A stretch of 61,482 nucleotides of DNA from an uncultured Nitrospiraceae bacterium (GCA_947085205.1 CAMTVO010000037.1:1-61482), one strand, 5' to 3'; counted from the stretch's first letter, positions 41,549 to 52,442 are shown. The notes: generated by a model not told the origin, from the sequence alone. Numbers and translations are program-made.

Positions 41549-42042
41549 AATTAGGCGTCTATCCCGGGACATTCGATCCCATAACAAACGGACATCTCGA
41601 CCTCGTAGAAAGAGGATTGCGGATATTCGATGAAATAATCATAGCGGTTGCTCCCAGCCCCAAAAAACAGCCCTTATTTACTCTTGAGGAAAGACTGAGG
41701 CTTATAAGGGAATCGGTCAAGGATTGCAAGAATGTAAAAATAGAGGCATTCAACGGCCTTCTTGTCGATTATGTAAAGAACAGGAAAGGTGTTGCGATTA
41801 TAAGGGGATTGAGGGCCGTCTCCGACTTTGAGTATGAGCTTCAGATGGCACTGATGAACAGGAGGCTTGATATGAAAATAGAGACAGTATTTATGATGCC
41901 GTCTGAAGAGTATTCTTTTCTTACATCCACTATTGTTAAAGAAGTGGCATCCTTCGGAGGTTCTGTGAAGGGGCTTGTGCCTGATGTGGTTGAGAAGGCG
42001 CTGAAGGAAAAGTTTAAGGTAATAGAAGATATTGTTGAGTAG
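41545..42042 (+). CDS. coaD: Phosphopantetheine adenylyltransferase
   Basis: YPGTFDPITNGH, RGLRAVSDFEYE. Confidence 0.98.
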   Translation: MKLGVYPGTFDPITNGHLDLVERGLRIFDEIIIAVAPSPKKQPLFTLEERLRLIRESVKDCKNVKIEAFNGLLVDYVKNRKGVAIIRGLRAVSDFEYELQMALMNRRLDMKIETVFMMPSEEYSFLTSTIVKEVASFGGSVKGLVPDVVEKALKEKFKVIEDIVE

Positions 42043-42046
42043 CCTA

Positions 42047-42583
42047 ATGCCAAAAGATGCCCTTTTAATTATTGATATGCTTAATGACTTTGTCCTTGAA
42101 AGCGCTCCCCTCGAAGTGCCTGATACGAGAAAGGTCATTCCTGCAATAAAGAAAGAAGTAGAAAAAATAAGAAAAGAAGGCAAGCCTATTATTTATATCT
42201 GCGATACCCATGAGCCGGATGATAAGGAATTTTCCAAATTCGGTTGGCCTGCCCATGCAGTTAAAGGCACTAAGGGCGCTCAGGTTGTGGATGAATTAAA
42301 ACCACAAGCCGATGACATCATAATTGAAAAGACTACCTATTCAGGATTTTATAATACAAAATTGGATGAGACTTTAAAGGGGCTTGGAATTGACAGTCTC
42401 AGACTGACAGGTTGTGTTACACACATATGCGTTATGTTTACTGCATCAGATGCTGTATTAAGGGATTATAAGGTTACTGTTGTGAAAGATGGAGTCGCAG
42501 GGCTTTCAAAGGAAGACCACGATGCAGCGTTAAGGATAATGAAGAATGTAATGGGAGCCAAGATAGTAAGCAGTAGGCAGTAA
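42047..42583 (+). CDS. Isochorismatase-family cysteine hydrolase (nicotinamidase-like)
   Basis: IDMLNDF, D.H, WPAH, KTTYSGF, HICV. Confidence 0.85.
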   Translation: MPKDALLIIDMLNDFVLESAPLEVPDTRKVIPAIKKEVEKIRKEGKPIIYICDTHEPDDKEFSKFGWPAHAVKGTKGAQVVDELKPQADDIIIEKTTYSGFYNTKLDETLKGLGIDSLRLTGCVTHICVMFTASDAVLRDYKVTVVKDGVAGLSKEDHDAALRIMKNVMGAKIVSSRQ

Positions 42584-42590
42584 GGAGTTT

Positions 42591-43838
42591 TTAGGTATTA
42601 TAGTATTTCTTCTTTTTGGGCAGATAGTCCTGCTCAACATAACCGCCGTAATCATGAGGATATTTATACTCCTTCCCATGTCCTAATTTTTTAGCGCCCG
42701 GATAGTGGCTGTCCTTCAAATGGTCAGGGACTTCCATAGTCTGCTCGTTCGCAACATCCGCCATTGCTGCCTCTATTGCCTTATAACAGGCATTGCTCTT
42801 AGGCGCTTTTGCAATGTGGATTGCTGCCTGTGCAAGCGGTATTCTTGCCTCAGGCATCCCTATAAATTCAACTGCCCTTAATGCAGATGTGGCAATGACC
42901 AGCGCCATAGGGTCCGCATCTCCAACATCCTCAGATGCACATATCACAATCCGCCTTGCTATAAACCGGGGGTCTTCCCCGGCGTAAAGCATTTTTGCAA
43001 GATAATAAATGGCTGCATCAGGGTCAGAACCCCTCATACTCTTTATAAAGGCCGATATTGTGTCGTAGTGCTGATCCCCTTTTTTGTCATAGACTACGGC
43101 TTTTTTCTGGATGGATTCCTCTGCTATCTGGAGGGTTATATTTATTCTGCCGTTTTCATCAGGGGTAGTTGTGAGGGCAGCTATTTCAAGGGCTGATAAT
43201 GCCTTTCTTGCGTCTCCATCAGACATCTTTGCAATATGTTTCAGGGCATCTTCATCTGCAGATATATTTAAATTACCGAGGCAACGCTCCTTATCCTGAA
43301 TTGCACTATTCAGGAGTTTTAAAATATTTTCTTGTATAAGCGGTTTTAATTCAAAAACCTGACTCCTCGAAAGCAGGGCTGAATTTACATAAAAGAATGG
43401 GTTTTCCACAGTAGCTGCTATTAATATGATAATGCCCTCTTCTACATCAGGCAGAAGCGCATCCTGCTGGAGTTTGTTGAATCTGTGTATCTCATCGAGG
43501 AACAAAATGGTTCGGATACCCTTTGCTTTCCGTGTCCTTGCGCTCTGAATGACTTTTCTCAGATCGTCAAGGCCTGCAGTGGCTGCATTGAGCCATTCAA
43601 AATGGGATTTTGTCTTTGCTGCAATTACCCTTGCAAGCGCTGTCTTCCCTGTGCCCGGAGGCCCATAGAGGATTAAGGATGTAATCCTGTCGGCCTCTAT
43701 AGCCCTTCTGAGGAGCTTGTCCTTACCGAGTATGTGTTCTTGTCCTATATATTCATCAATTGTCCGAGGACACATGCGGTAGGCCAGAGGAGCGCTGTTG
43801 TTCTGTATAGTTTTTTGTTCGTCTTCAAAGAGATTCAT
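42591..43838 (-). CDS. rarA: Replication-associated recombination protein A
   Basis: GPPGTGKT, DEIHRF, ISAFIKSMRGSD, YKYPHD. Confidence 0.95.
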   Translation of the reverse strand: MNLFEDEQKTIQNNSAPLAYRMCPRTIDEYIGQEHILGKDKLLRRAIEADRITSLILYGPPGTGKTALARVIAAKTKSHFEWLNAATAGLDDLRKVIQSARTRKAKGIRTILFLDEIHRFNKLQQDALLPDVEEGIIILIAATVENPFFYVNSALLSRSQVFELKPLIQENILKLLNSAIQDKERCLGNLNISADEDALKHIAKMSDGDARKALSALEIAALTTTPDENGRINITLQIAEESIQKKAVVYDKKGDQHYDTISAFIKSMRGSDPDAAIYYLAKMLYAGEDPRFIARRIVICASEDVGDADPMALVIATSALRAVEFIGMPEARIPLAQAAIHIAKAPKSNACYKAIEAAMADVANEQTMEVPDHLKDSHYPGAKKLGHGKEYKYPHDYGGYVEQDYLPKKKKYYNT

Positions 43839-43886
43839 TAATTTTATAATCCTCGTTACATTGCCTATCGCCTTTAGCCTATTGCC

Positions 43887-45122
43887 TTATTTTACCTTTC
43901 CCAGCATCTTGATAAATATCTTTAAAAGTTCGGGGTCGTAATCGCCGGTCCCCTTCGCTGCTACGGATAACGCATAAAATGGTATAAATGGAGGCTTATA
44001 TGGGCGCCTTGTTGTAAGTGCATCATAGCAGTCTGCGATTGCTGCTATTCTGCCGAACAACTTAATTTCATTGCCGGATAGTCTTAGCGGATACCCTTTG
44101 CCTGTCAATTTTTCATGATGCTGTAAAACTGCGATTAATGACTCATCAGGTATATCTTTATGCTCTAACAAAATCTTTTCCCCCTCTATAACATGATTCT
44201 TCATTATTGTGTACTCGGTTGAATTTAATTTGCCCTGTTTATTTAAAATTTCATGGGGGATAGAGCTCTTGCCTATATCATGCAGCATGGCTCCTATTCC
44301 GAGTTTTTCTGTATTATCTCGTTTTAGTTCAATAGCGGTTCCAAGTCCTATTGACAAAACAGCTACATTTATAGAGTGCGTATATGTATAGTAATCATAA
44401 TTTCTGAGAGAAAGGAGATCATAAATAGCATCTCTATCTTGCAGGATGCAGTCTATAATATTATTTACGAGAACCTGTGATTTTTTGATATTTTCGCCGC
44501 TTCTCGGATTATCGAGGAGATTTTTTATTACCACCTTTGAATTTTCCTTTATAGCAATCGCTTTTATTCTGTTTTTATGAACTGCATCTGCTGATTTTGT
44601 CAGGGATATAAGGTAGTCCTCATAGAGTGGAATATCAGACTTATTTATCATAATGTCGCCTTCGGCTGATAAAATCTTTTTGTCTATCTTTACAGGCCAC
44701 TTTTTTGCAGCTTCGGCTATAAGGCTTATTTTGAATTTATCCATAGAGAAAAGACTGAAGTTTACCTCGATTCCTTCCTCAAGAAGCCTTTTGTCTATTT
44801 GATGGTACTGCTCTTTATTGAAAGAATATTCTTTAAATGCCGAAGGATTTTCGAGTAAAGATGCAGTCTCATTTTTATTTTTTGAGATATAATTATGAAA
44901 GGCTGTTTTGTCCTGTTCGTCGATGTAAGCCTCTGAAATATTTTTCTCTTGAAGGATACTTTTATCAAAGCTGGTGAATATCATCCCTTTATTAAATAAT
45001 GGTTTGAAAACGCCGTTATCATTGATAAAAACATGGAAAGCCAGTCTTTCGCCGACAATCAGTTTGTCTATATTGACAGCTATGCGTGATTCATTATCTA
45101 TTTCTTTATACTTTGTAACCAT
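43887..45122 (-). CDS. HD-GYP domain phosphodiesterase
   Basis: YTYTHS, LHDIGK, HHE...GKGYP, RPYK. Confidence 0.9.
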   Translation of the reverse strand: MVTKYKEIDNESRIAVNIDKLIVGERLAFHVFINDNGVFKPLFNKGMIFTSFDKSILQEKNISEAYIDEQDKTAFHNYISKNKNETASLLENPSAFKEYSFNKEQYHQIDKRLLEEGIEVNFSLFSMDKFKISLIAEAAKKWPVKIDKKILSAEGDIMINKSDIPLYEDYLISLTKSADAVHKNRIKAIAIKENSKVVIKNLLDNPRSGENIKKSQVLVNNIIDCILQDRDAIYDLLSLRNYDYYTYTHSINVAVLSIGLGTAIELKRDNTEKLGIGAMLHDIGKSSIPHEILNKQGKLNSTEYTIMKNHVIEGEKILLEHKDIPDESLIAVLQHHEKLTGKGYPLRLSGNEIKLFGRIAAIADCYDALTTRRPYKPPFIPFYALSVAAKGTGDYDPELLKIFIKMLGKVK

Positions 45123-45190
45123 GTGCCTTTTATATTATACTTTAACATGCTGATTTTGAGCATACTCCCGAGAGTATAAGAGGAGGTCAC

Positions 45191-46345
45191 ATGTTTCATA
45201 CAGCAGACCCTCAGGATATATTGAATGGAAAGATTACCGATGTTTATTTTGAAAGAACCCTTAAAATCCTTAAGGCAAAGGGCATAAATCCTGTTGTAAA
45301 GGCAGAGTTTATAGCAAAGAGTTTTCCAGACAACTACCCATGGGCAATATTTGCAGGACTCGAAGAGGCCATGTATCTGCTGAAAAACCTGCCGGTAAGG
45401 GTTAGGGCGATGAAGGAAGGTACAGTCTTTTACCCGTACGAACCAGTGATGGAAATAGAGGGAAGGTATCAGGACTTCTGTGTTTATGAAACTGCTATAC
45501 TGGGATTGATATGCCAGGCATCCGGAGTGGCAACAAAGGCTGCGAGGTTTAAAAAACTCGCAGGCGAAAGACCTGTAATAAGCTTTGGTGCAAGGAGGAT
45601 GCATCCTGTGCTTGCACCCATGATTGAAAGGAATGCGTTCATCGGCGGATGTGACGGCGTTGCTGTAGTTAAATCAGGCGAAATTATCGGAGAAGACCCG
45701 ATGGGCACAATGCCCCACGCATTGATAATATGTATGGGTTGCACTGTTGATGCCATAAAGGCATATGATGAGGTTTTAGATCCGAAGTTTAAAAGGGTGG
45801 CGCTTATCGATACATTCCTCGATGAAAAATTCGAATGCCTAAATGTTGCAGAAGCAATGGGCGAAAGACTTTTTGCAGTGAGGTTTGATACTCCGTCTTC
45901 GAGGAGAGGCAATTTTTACCGCATCCTTGAAGAGTGCAGATGGGAGTTGAATCTAAGGGGATACAAATATATAAAGTTCTATGTAAGCGGTGGGATAAAA
46001 GAAGAAGATATCCCGGTTTTAAATCCTGTGGTGGACGGTTACGGCATCGGCACATCCATCAGTAATGCTCCTGTTGTGGATTATGCAATGGATATTATGG
46101 AAGTCGAAGGTAAACCACTCGCAAAAAGAGGAAAATGGTCAGGAAGCAAGAGGGTCTTAAGGTGTTCAGCATGTAATAAGGGCATGATAGTACCACTAAA
46201 GAGTCAGGTGTTAAGATGTGAATGTGGGGGCGCATTTGAGGATGTACTCATTCCAGTTATGGACAAAGGTGAATATCTTATAGATATGCCTTCTCATAAA
46301 GAGATAAGAAGTTTTGTCCTAAATCAAATAAAGGCTATAGCCTGA
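45191..46345 (+). CDS. pncB: Nicotinate phosphoribosyltransferase
   Basis: TDVYF, SFGARR, GTMPH, RFDTP, SGG, GIGT. Confidence 0.88.
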   Translation: MFHTADPQDILNGKITDVYFERTLKILKAKGINPVVKAEFIAKSFPDNYPWAIFAGLEEAMYLLKNLPVRVRAMKEGTVFYPYEPVMEIEGRYQDFCVYETAILGLICQASGVATKAARFKKLAGERPVISFGARRMHPVLAPMIERNAFIGGCDGVAVVKSGEIIGEDPMGTMPHALIICMGCTVDAIKAYDEVLDPKFKRVALIDTFLDEKFECLNVAEAMGERLFAVRFDTPSSRRGNFYRILEECRWELNLRGYKYIKFYVSGGIKEEDIPVLNPVVDGYGIGTSISNAPVVDYAMDIMEVEGKPLAKRGKWSGSKRVLRCSACNKGMIVPLKSQVLRCECGGAFEDVLIPVMDKGEYLIDMPSHKEIRSFVLNQIKAIA

Positions 46346-46348
46346 TTT

Positions 46349-47203
46349 ATGCTTTATATACTTACTGCCATATTTCTCTGGAGTTCCCTCGGCATTGTCA
46401 TAAAGCTTTCCGGCATGCCGGTGCATATTTTGATGTTCTTTTCCTGTGTTATATCTGCATCTCTCATCGGTTTGATTCTTACAAAAAGGGAATTCAGGCA
46501 GGAAATGCCCAAAGTCAAAGGTCTTTTGCATCTTTTTATCCTTAGTGTAATTAGTCTGATTAATACCTTTTCCTTTTTTTATGCATACAAAAATACCACG
46601 ATTGCCAATGCGGTATTGACGCACTACACAGCGCCTATTATTGTGGCTTTCCTTGCGCCCATTTTTTTGAGGGAAAGACTGACGCTGAAAATATTGTCGG
46701 CCGTTGCTGTTGCAACCGTCGGTTTGTGGATAATGCTCGGAATTTCGGCAAAAGAATTTTTAAATCTCTTAATGGCCGGGGATAAAAATACTGCCGGTAT
46801 TTTTGCGGGGCTTTTTTCCGGATTCGCCTATGCATTGGTGATAATTGTCATAAGGATATTGGCGCAGAGTTTTAATCCGTTAGTCATGACATTTTTTCAG
46901 AATCTTTTTATCGCCGTTATGTTATCGCCTTTTATTATCTTAACTTCTCAACCTCTTAACATCTTAACTTCTGCATGGTGGGCATTTGCAGTAATGGGCC
47001 TAGTGCATTCGACAATAGCACCGATTCTCTATTTCAGGGGAATGAGGGATGTAACTGCCAATAAAACAGCCATACTCGGTTATTTAGAGCCTGTCTGTGC
47101 AATTCTGTTAGGCATGGTATTTCTGGGCGAGGCGGTGAATTATAAAACAATAATCGGCGGGGCAATGATACTCTTTTCAGGCTATCTTACGATTAAGTCA
47201 TAA
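46349..47203 (+). CDS. EamA/DMT-family transporter
   Basis: About 10 TM segments; YTAPI, YLEPV. Confidence 0.88.
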   Translation: MLYILTAIFLWSSLGIVIKLSGMPVHILMFFSCVISASLIGLILTKREFRQEMPKVKGLLHLFILSVISLINTFSFFYAYKNTTIANAVLTHYTAPIIVAFLAPIFLRERLTLKILSAVAVATVGLWIMLGISAKEFLNLLMAGDKNTAGIFAGLFSGFAYALVIIVIRILAQSFNPLVMTFFQNLFIAVMLSPFIILTSQPLNILTSAWWAFAVMGLVHSTIAPILYFRGMRDVTANKTAILGYLEPVCAILLGMVFLGEAVNYKTIIGGAMILFSGYLTIKS

Positions 47204-47239
47204 ATTGACACTTCATTTAATCTCTGATAAAAAGAAGGT

Positions 47240-48070
47240 ATGTGGGAATATACAGAAAAGGTAAAGGAGCATTTTCTCCGGCCAAAGAATGTGGGCGAGA
47301 TAAAGAATCCCGATGCAGCAGGAGAGGTCGGGAGCATTATCTGCGGGGATGCCCTCAAGCTGACCCTGAAGATAGATAAAGAGGCAGAGAGGATTATCGA
47401 TGCAAAGTTCCAGACCTTTGGCTGCGCCTCAGCTATAGCCGCTTCATCCATCCTGACAGAGATGATTAAGGGAAAGACTCTTGATGAGGCTATGAAGATA
47501 ACGAATCAGGACATTGCGGATTATTTAGGTGGACTGCCAAAGGAGAAGATGCACTGTTCTGTTATGGGCAGGGAGGCCCTTGAGGCTGCAATCGCAAATT
47601 ACAAAGGCTTAAGGAAACCGATGGAGGTTGAAGAAAAGTTCATCTGTAAGTGTTTCGAGGTCTCGGAGGAAAAGATTAGAAGGGTTGCCATTGAAAACCA
47701 CCTGACTACTGTCGAGGAGGTCACCAATTACACAAAGGCAGGCGGAGGCTGCGGATCATGCATACCTGAAATAGAGGCAATCTTAAAGGACATCTGGGCG
47801 ATCAAGGCGCCTGAAATACCAAGAGTTCCAAAGAAACTTACAAATCTCCAGAAGATAGCGTTGATTCAGGATATACTCGAAAAGGAGATAAGGCCAAGAC
47901 TTCAGGCTGACGGCGGAGACCTTGAACTCATAGATATAGATGGCAGCAAGGTTATTATTGCATTAAGGGCTATGTGTGTTGGATGCCCAATGGGCGGTAT
48001 CACAATAAAAGGCATAGAGAAAAGATTGAAAGAGCTTGTCAGCGAGGATATTGTGGTTGAAGCCACTTAA
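47240..48070 (+). CDS. nifU: Fe-S cluster scaffold NifU
   Basis: MWEYTEKV, CGD, FGC, KMHCS; central BFD-like C.C...CGSC; C-terminal NFU C..C. Confidence 0.95.
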   Translation: MWEYTEKVKEHFLRPKNVGEIKNPDAAGEVGSIICGDALKLTLKIDKEAERIIDAKFQTFGCASAIAASSILTEMIKGKTLDEAMKITNQDIADYLGGLPKEKMHCSVMGREALEAAIANYKGLRKPMEVEEKFICKCFEVSEEKIRRVAIENHLTTVEEVTNYTKAGGGCGSCIPEIEAILKDIWAIKAPEIPRVPKKLTNLQKIALIQDILEKEIRPRLQADGGDLELIDIDGSKVIIALRAMCVGCPMGGITIKGIEKRLKELVSEDIVVEAT

Positions 48071-48072
48071 TA

Positions 48073-49233
48073 ATGATGAAACCAATTTATTTTGATAACA
48101 ATGCAACAACATTTATAGCATCTGAGGTCTTTGATGAGATGCTGCCTTATCTCAGAGAGCTTTACGGAAACCCGTCAAGCATGCATACCTTTGGCGGGCA
48201 ACTCCACAAAAAGATTGAAGATGCAAGGGCAAAGGTCGCATCCCTTGTCAATGCAGAGCCTGAGGAGATAATCTTTACCGGCTGCGGAACAGAAAGCGAC
48301 AATACCGCAATAATGAGCGCCATCGAATCATATCCTCAAAAAAGGCATGTTATAACAACGAGGGTGGAGCATCCTGCAGTATTGAACTTCTGTAAACATC
48401 TTGCAAGAAAAGGATACCGTGTCACATTCCTTCCTGTGGATGGTTTAGGAAGGCTTGATATGGATGCTCTTTATAAAGCCATTGATGACGACACAGTGGT
48501 TGTCTCCATAATGTATGCGAATAACGAAACAGGCGTGATATTTCCGGTAGAAGAGATAGGACAGGTTCTAATGGAAAGGAATATACCCTTTCACACCGAT
48601 GCTGTCCAGGCAGCAGGCAAAGTTCCCATAGATGTAAAAACATTCCCTGTTGATATGCTTTCCCTCTCTGGTCATAAACTGCATGCGCCAAAAGGTGTTG
48701 GAGCGCTCTATGTAAGAAGAGGCACAAGGTTTTATCCATATATCATAGGCGGACATCAGGAGCGGGGAAGGAGGGCTGGAACCGAAAATGTGGCATCCAT
48801 AATAGGTCTCGGAAAGGCCTGCGAACTTGCCAAAGAACACCTTAATAAGGAAGCAAGTTATCTCAGCAGACTCAGGGATAAACTGCAAAACGCACTCCTT
48901 GAAAGGTGCCCGGATGCAAGGATTAATGGCGATACAGAAAACCGTCTGCCAAATACAACGAACATGAGCTTTGAGTATGTGGAAGGAGAGGCTATTCTTC
49001 TCAGGCTTGATGAATACGGCATATGTGCATCTTCCGGCTCTGCATGCACATCCGGTTCTCTCCAGCCGAGCCATGTGTTGAGGGCAATGGGAATTCCATT
49101 TACAGCAATACATGGTTCCATAAGGTTTTCTCTTAGCCGCTACAATACTGAATCAGAGATAGATAAGGTTATCGAGGTCATGCCGGAGATTATAAAAGAA
49201 CTCAGGATGTTATCGCCATATGGGAAAAGATAA
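48073..49233 (+). CDS. nifS: Cysteine desulfurase NifS
   Basis: DNNATT, SGHK, SSGSACTS; follows nifU. Confidence 0.95.
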   Translation: MMKPIYFDNNATTFIASEVFDEMLPYLRELYGNPSSMHTFGGQLHKKIEDARAKVASLVNAEPEEIIFTGCGTESDNTAIMSAIESYPQKRHVITTRVEHPAVLNFCKHLARKGYRVTFLPVDGLGRLDMDALYKAIDDDTVVVSIMYANNETGVIFPVEEIGQVLMERNIPFHTDAVQAAGKVPIDVKTFPVDMLSLSGHKLHAPKGVGALYVRRGTRFYPYIIGGHQERGRRAGTENVASIIGLGKACELAKEHLNKEASYLSRLRDKLQNALLERCPDARINGDTENRLPNTTNMSFEYVEGEAILLRLDEYGICASSGSACTSGSLQPSHVLRAMGIPFTAIHGSIRFSLSRYNTESEIDKVIEVMPEIIKELRMLSPYGKR

Positions 49234-49291
49234 CCCTACAACATAGTTTAATTTTGCCGAGAGACAGTCCTAATCTGCTGAATAATTACAC

Positions 49292-50515
49292 CTATGACCT
49301 TATTACATCCACCGGTTGTATCATCGTTGCTCTCTTTGACGGATATATTCCTGCCAGTATGCCGACAGTTACTGATGCGGCGAAGGATAACAGAATGCCT
49401 GTTAAGGAAATAGTGAACGGCAGTTTTGACGCCTTGAATATAATAATGCTCGTTACAAAACCTATTATTACGCCGACAGTTCCGCCGATGAAGGATATGA
49501 ATGACGACTCCATGAGAAATTGAAGTATAATGTCCCTTTTTCTTGAACCTACCGCCCTCCTGATGCCGATTTCGACCCTTCTTTCATTTACGATAAGTAT
49601 CATTATTGACAGAATGCCGAGACCGCCTATTAAGAATGAAACCGCTGCAGATATTCTGCCCAGAACTGTTATCATCGATGTCGCCTGTGCTTTGAGAGCC
49701 ATTACGTCCTTTAAGTCTATTACTGTGAAGTCTTCTTTTTTGCCTAAAGTAATTTTGTGTCTTTTCTTTAATATTTCCTCAATTTCGGCCTTTGCATCTG
49801 GAATAAATTTTTCGTTTACGACCTGAACATGAATACTGTTAATAAAGTCTTTATTCACAAATCTTCTCATGTATGTGTTTAGGGGTACGAAAATCTGGTT
49901 GTCCTGATCAGTGCCTGAAATATCAACGCCCTTTTCCTCCATCACGCCTATTACCTGACATGGAACCCTGAATATAAGAATGTGTTTCCCGATAGGGTCT
50001 TTGTCTCCGAACAACTTTTCAGCAACCCTTTTTCCGAGCACAGCAACTTTGCTTAAGTTCTTGTTGTCATTTTCCGCAATAAAACTTCCCTCTTTCACAT
50101 TATGGTTTCTTATTGCTGTATAGTTCGGGGCAGCCCCGACTACGAGCACAGACGTAAGCGTTACATTACCGTATCTCACGGGAAAAGGTTTGTTGCCTGA
50201 TGGTGATATGTCATTTACAAAGCGCGCTTCGAGCGCGATGGCCCTTGCGTCATGGAGGGTTAGGGTGGTTGCCTCGCTTAACAGCCTTGTCCCTGAAACA
50301 ACCCTTCTTACAATACCGCTTCTCACGATGAGAAGATTTTTGCCGAGACTTTCTATCTCCATTTCGGTTTTTTTAGAAAGGGAGTCTGAAAGGTTGGATA
50401 CAACGATCAGTGAAAAAGTACCAAGAAAAACGCCGAGCACCGCCAGAGAAGTCCTCAATCTGAAGTTGCATAAAGAACGCCATGCGATTTTAGTATTCAG
50501 AACTATTCGTTTCAC
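49292..50515 (-). CDS. MacB/FtsX-family ABC transporter permease
   Basis: GGLGILSIM...ERRVEIGIRRAVG..QFLMES; start assigned to the GTG at 50515. Confidence 0.88.
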   Translation of the reverse strand: MKRIVLNTKIAWRSLCNFRLRTSLAVLGVFLGTFSLIVVSNLSDSLSKKTEMEIESLGKNLLIVRSGIVRRVVSGTRLLSEATTLTLHDARAIALEARFVNDISPSGNKPFPVRYGNVTLTSVLVVGAAPNYTAIRNHNVKEGSFIAENDNKNLSKVAVLGKRVAEKLFGDKDPIGKHILIFRVPCQVIGVMEEKGVDISGTDQDNQIFVPLNTYMRRFVNKDFINSIHVQVVNEKFIPDAKAEIEEILKKRHKITLGKKEDFTVIDLKDVMALKAQATSMITVLGRISAAVSFLIGGLGILSIMILIVNERRVEIGIRRAVGSRKRDIILQFLMESSFISFIGGTVGVIIGFVTSIIIFKASKLPFTISLTGILLSFAASVTVGILAGIYPSKRATMIQPVDVIRS

Positions 50516-50545
50516 AGAAAATCCTTTTTGAATTTTTTTGTTATC

Positions 50546-50679
50546 GTAAGACAGGACATAGTATTTCCGCTCATTCTCGACGAACATCCGTGTTCGTCTC
50601 CGAGGCACCAGCTCTGTTTCGCCATCACGGCGAAACATCGAGCTGCTGAAACCGCTACAACACTATGTCCTGTCTTTAC
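50546..50679. mobile_element. MITE-like element with terminal inverted repeats and internal hairpins
   Basis: GTAAGACAGGACATAGT ... ACTATGTCCTGTCTTTAC; inner hairpins ACGAACA/TGTTCGT and TGTTTCGCC/GGCGAAACA. Confidence 0.6.
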
Positions 50680-50691
50680 CGGCATTATTTT

Positions 50692-51906
50692 TTATCCCCT
50701 AATTGCCTCTATCGGTTTCAGATTTGCAGCCCTGCGCGCCGGCTGCAAGCCGAAGCCTATTCCGACTATCCATGAGAGGAGCAGTCCTATGGCAAAGGCC
50801 TTCCATGAAAAATGGATTGGAAACTCTGCTATTAACATGAGCAATTTTGAAGACAGCAGGCCGAGGACGAACCCGAATAAACCGCCTGCTGTTGTAATAA
50901 TTACAGATTCGCCTAAAAACTGAACAAGTATATCCTTTTTCCTTGCGCCTGTCGCCCTTCTTATGCCTATTTCCGCTGTCCTTTCCTTGACGGACAGCAA
51001 AAACAGGTTTGCAAGGACAAAGCCTGCGACAGTCAGGGATATGACGCCTACAACTCCGAGGAATATTACAAGCGAGCCTGTAAGCGCAACAAGAAATTTA
51101 ATTATCTCTCTGGGCGAGACTATCCTGAAGTCATCAGGCATGTTGTCTGAAATTTTGTGTCTCTGTCTGAGAAATGACCTAAGATATTCTACATGCTCAT
51201 AAAGATTTTCTTGGTCTGCGAATCTTATCCTGAACGTCGATACATATGTTGTTTCATTCTGCAATTTTCTCATTGCAGTGGTGAGCGGAAGAATAATTCT
51301 ATCATCAAGATTGTGACCTGCGGCTGACATTCCTCTTTCTGAAAGCACTCCGACTATCTGGACAGGTATGCCTCTAACAAGTATGTATTTCCCTACAGGG
51401 TCTTCATTGCCGAAAAGCTCTTTCAGCAGGTGTTGGCCTATCAAACCAACATTCCTCAGCCCTTTTACATCATCTTCTGTAAAGTCAGACCCCTGTATCA
51501 CAGGCCATGTCCAGACGCGGCTATAGTCGTTTGTGGAGCCTATCACCAGTGTCTGATATTTTTTGTCTTTGTACGAGACATTGACATTGCTTATGGATGT
51601 CTGGGGAACTACCAGATATGCGCTCGAAAATTCGTGCTTTACAGCCTCTACATCATCCAATGTCAGTGTCTTCTGTCTTAGTCCTATTGCCCTTGCTTCT
51701 TCTCCTCCGCTCTGAATCATCAGTGAATCAGGACCAAACCGTGCCACCATCTCGAACGCTTTTTTATAAGCCCCTTCTGTAGCCGCAACAATTACAGTGA
51801 TGGATGAGATTCCGAGGGCGACGCTTATCAGGCAGAAAAATGTCCTAAGCTTGAATGCCCTTACTGCTCTGATTGACTGGGAAATAATTTTAATAAACCT
51901 GTCCAT
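50692..51906 (-). CDS. MacB/FtsX-family ABC transporter permease
   Basis: ERTAEIGIRRATGA..QFLGES, PARRAA. Confidence 0.9.
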   Translation of the reverse strand: MDRFIKIISQSIRAVRAFKLRTFFCLISVALGISSITVIVAATEGAYKKAFEMVARFGPDSLMIQSGGEEARAIGLRQKTLTLDDVEAVKHEFSSAYLVVPQTSISNVNVSYKDKKYQTLVIGSTNDYSRVWTWPVIQGSDFTEDDVKGLRNVGLIGQHLLKELFGNEDPVGKYILVRGIPVQIVGVLSERGMSAAGHNLDDRIILPLTTAMRKLQNETTYVSTFRIRFADQENLYEHVEYLRSFLRQRHKISDNMPDDFRIVSPREIIKFLVALTGSLVIFLGVVGVISLTVAGFVLANLFLLSVKERTAEIGIRRATGARKKDILVQFLGESVIITTAGGLFGFVLGLLSSKLLMLIAEFPIHFSWKAFAIGLLLSWIVGIGFGLQPARRAANLKPIEAIRG

Positions 51907-52061
51907 ATAGCTTTACTATAATGCAGGCCAATTCGTTTATTCAATGAGCCTCTTGCAAAAGTCTTATCCCCCTCCCTTGACGGGAGACGCTCTCTTTGAG
52001 AAAGAACCTGTTTTTCCTTTACATTTGCTGTCATATCTGTAAAACTATATATGTGATTGAT

Positions 52062-52442
52062 ATGATTAGAAATGCTGTTTTGCCGGTTTTTGAAAAATAC
52101 AGGGATAAGATTATATTCGCATATCTCTTCGGATCGGTTGCTGAGGCAGAGACATCGCCTTTAAGCGATGTTGATATTGCAGTTTTTCTTTCTGGGACAA
52201 AAGAGTCATTTTTTGATATTAAACTTTCCCTGTATGCTGACTTTTGCAGGGCATTAAAAAGAAGCGATGTTGATGTGGTTATACTTAATACCGCAGCGAA
52301 TATAATACTCCTTGACGAGATAATAAGGTACGGGTTGGTTGTCTACGATAGCAATACGGAATTAAGAGAGGATTTTGAACTTAAGGTTTTACATCAAGCT
52401 ATTGACTTTAAAGGACAACGGCTTGCTATTATAGGCATCTGA
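52062..52442 (+). CDS. MNT antitoxin (MntA-like nucleotidyltransferase)
   Basis: GS-X10-DXD motif (GSVAEAETSPLSDVD). Confidence 0.88.
   Translation: MIRNAVLPVFEKYRDKIIFAYLFGSVAEAETSPLSDVDIAVFLSGTKESFFDIKLSLYADFCRALKRSDVDVVILNTAANIILLDEIIRYGLVVYDSNTELREDFELKVLHQAIDFKGQRLAIIGI

Noticed and set aside
47240..49233. Nitrogen fixation cluster
   Set aside because: Only nifU-nifS are present, which serve as a general Fe-S assembly system in many anaerobes; no nifHDK in the window.
50516..50638. N-terminal extension of the MacB-like permease
   Set aside because: Derived from the inverted-repeat element at 50546-50679.
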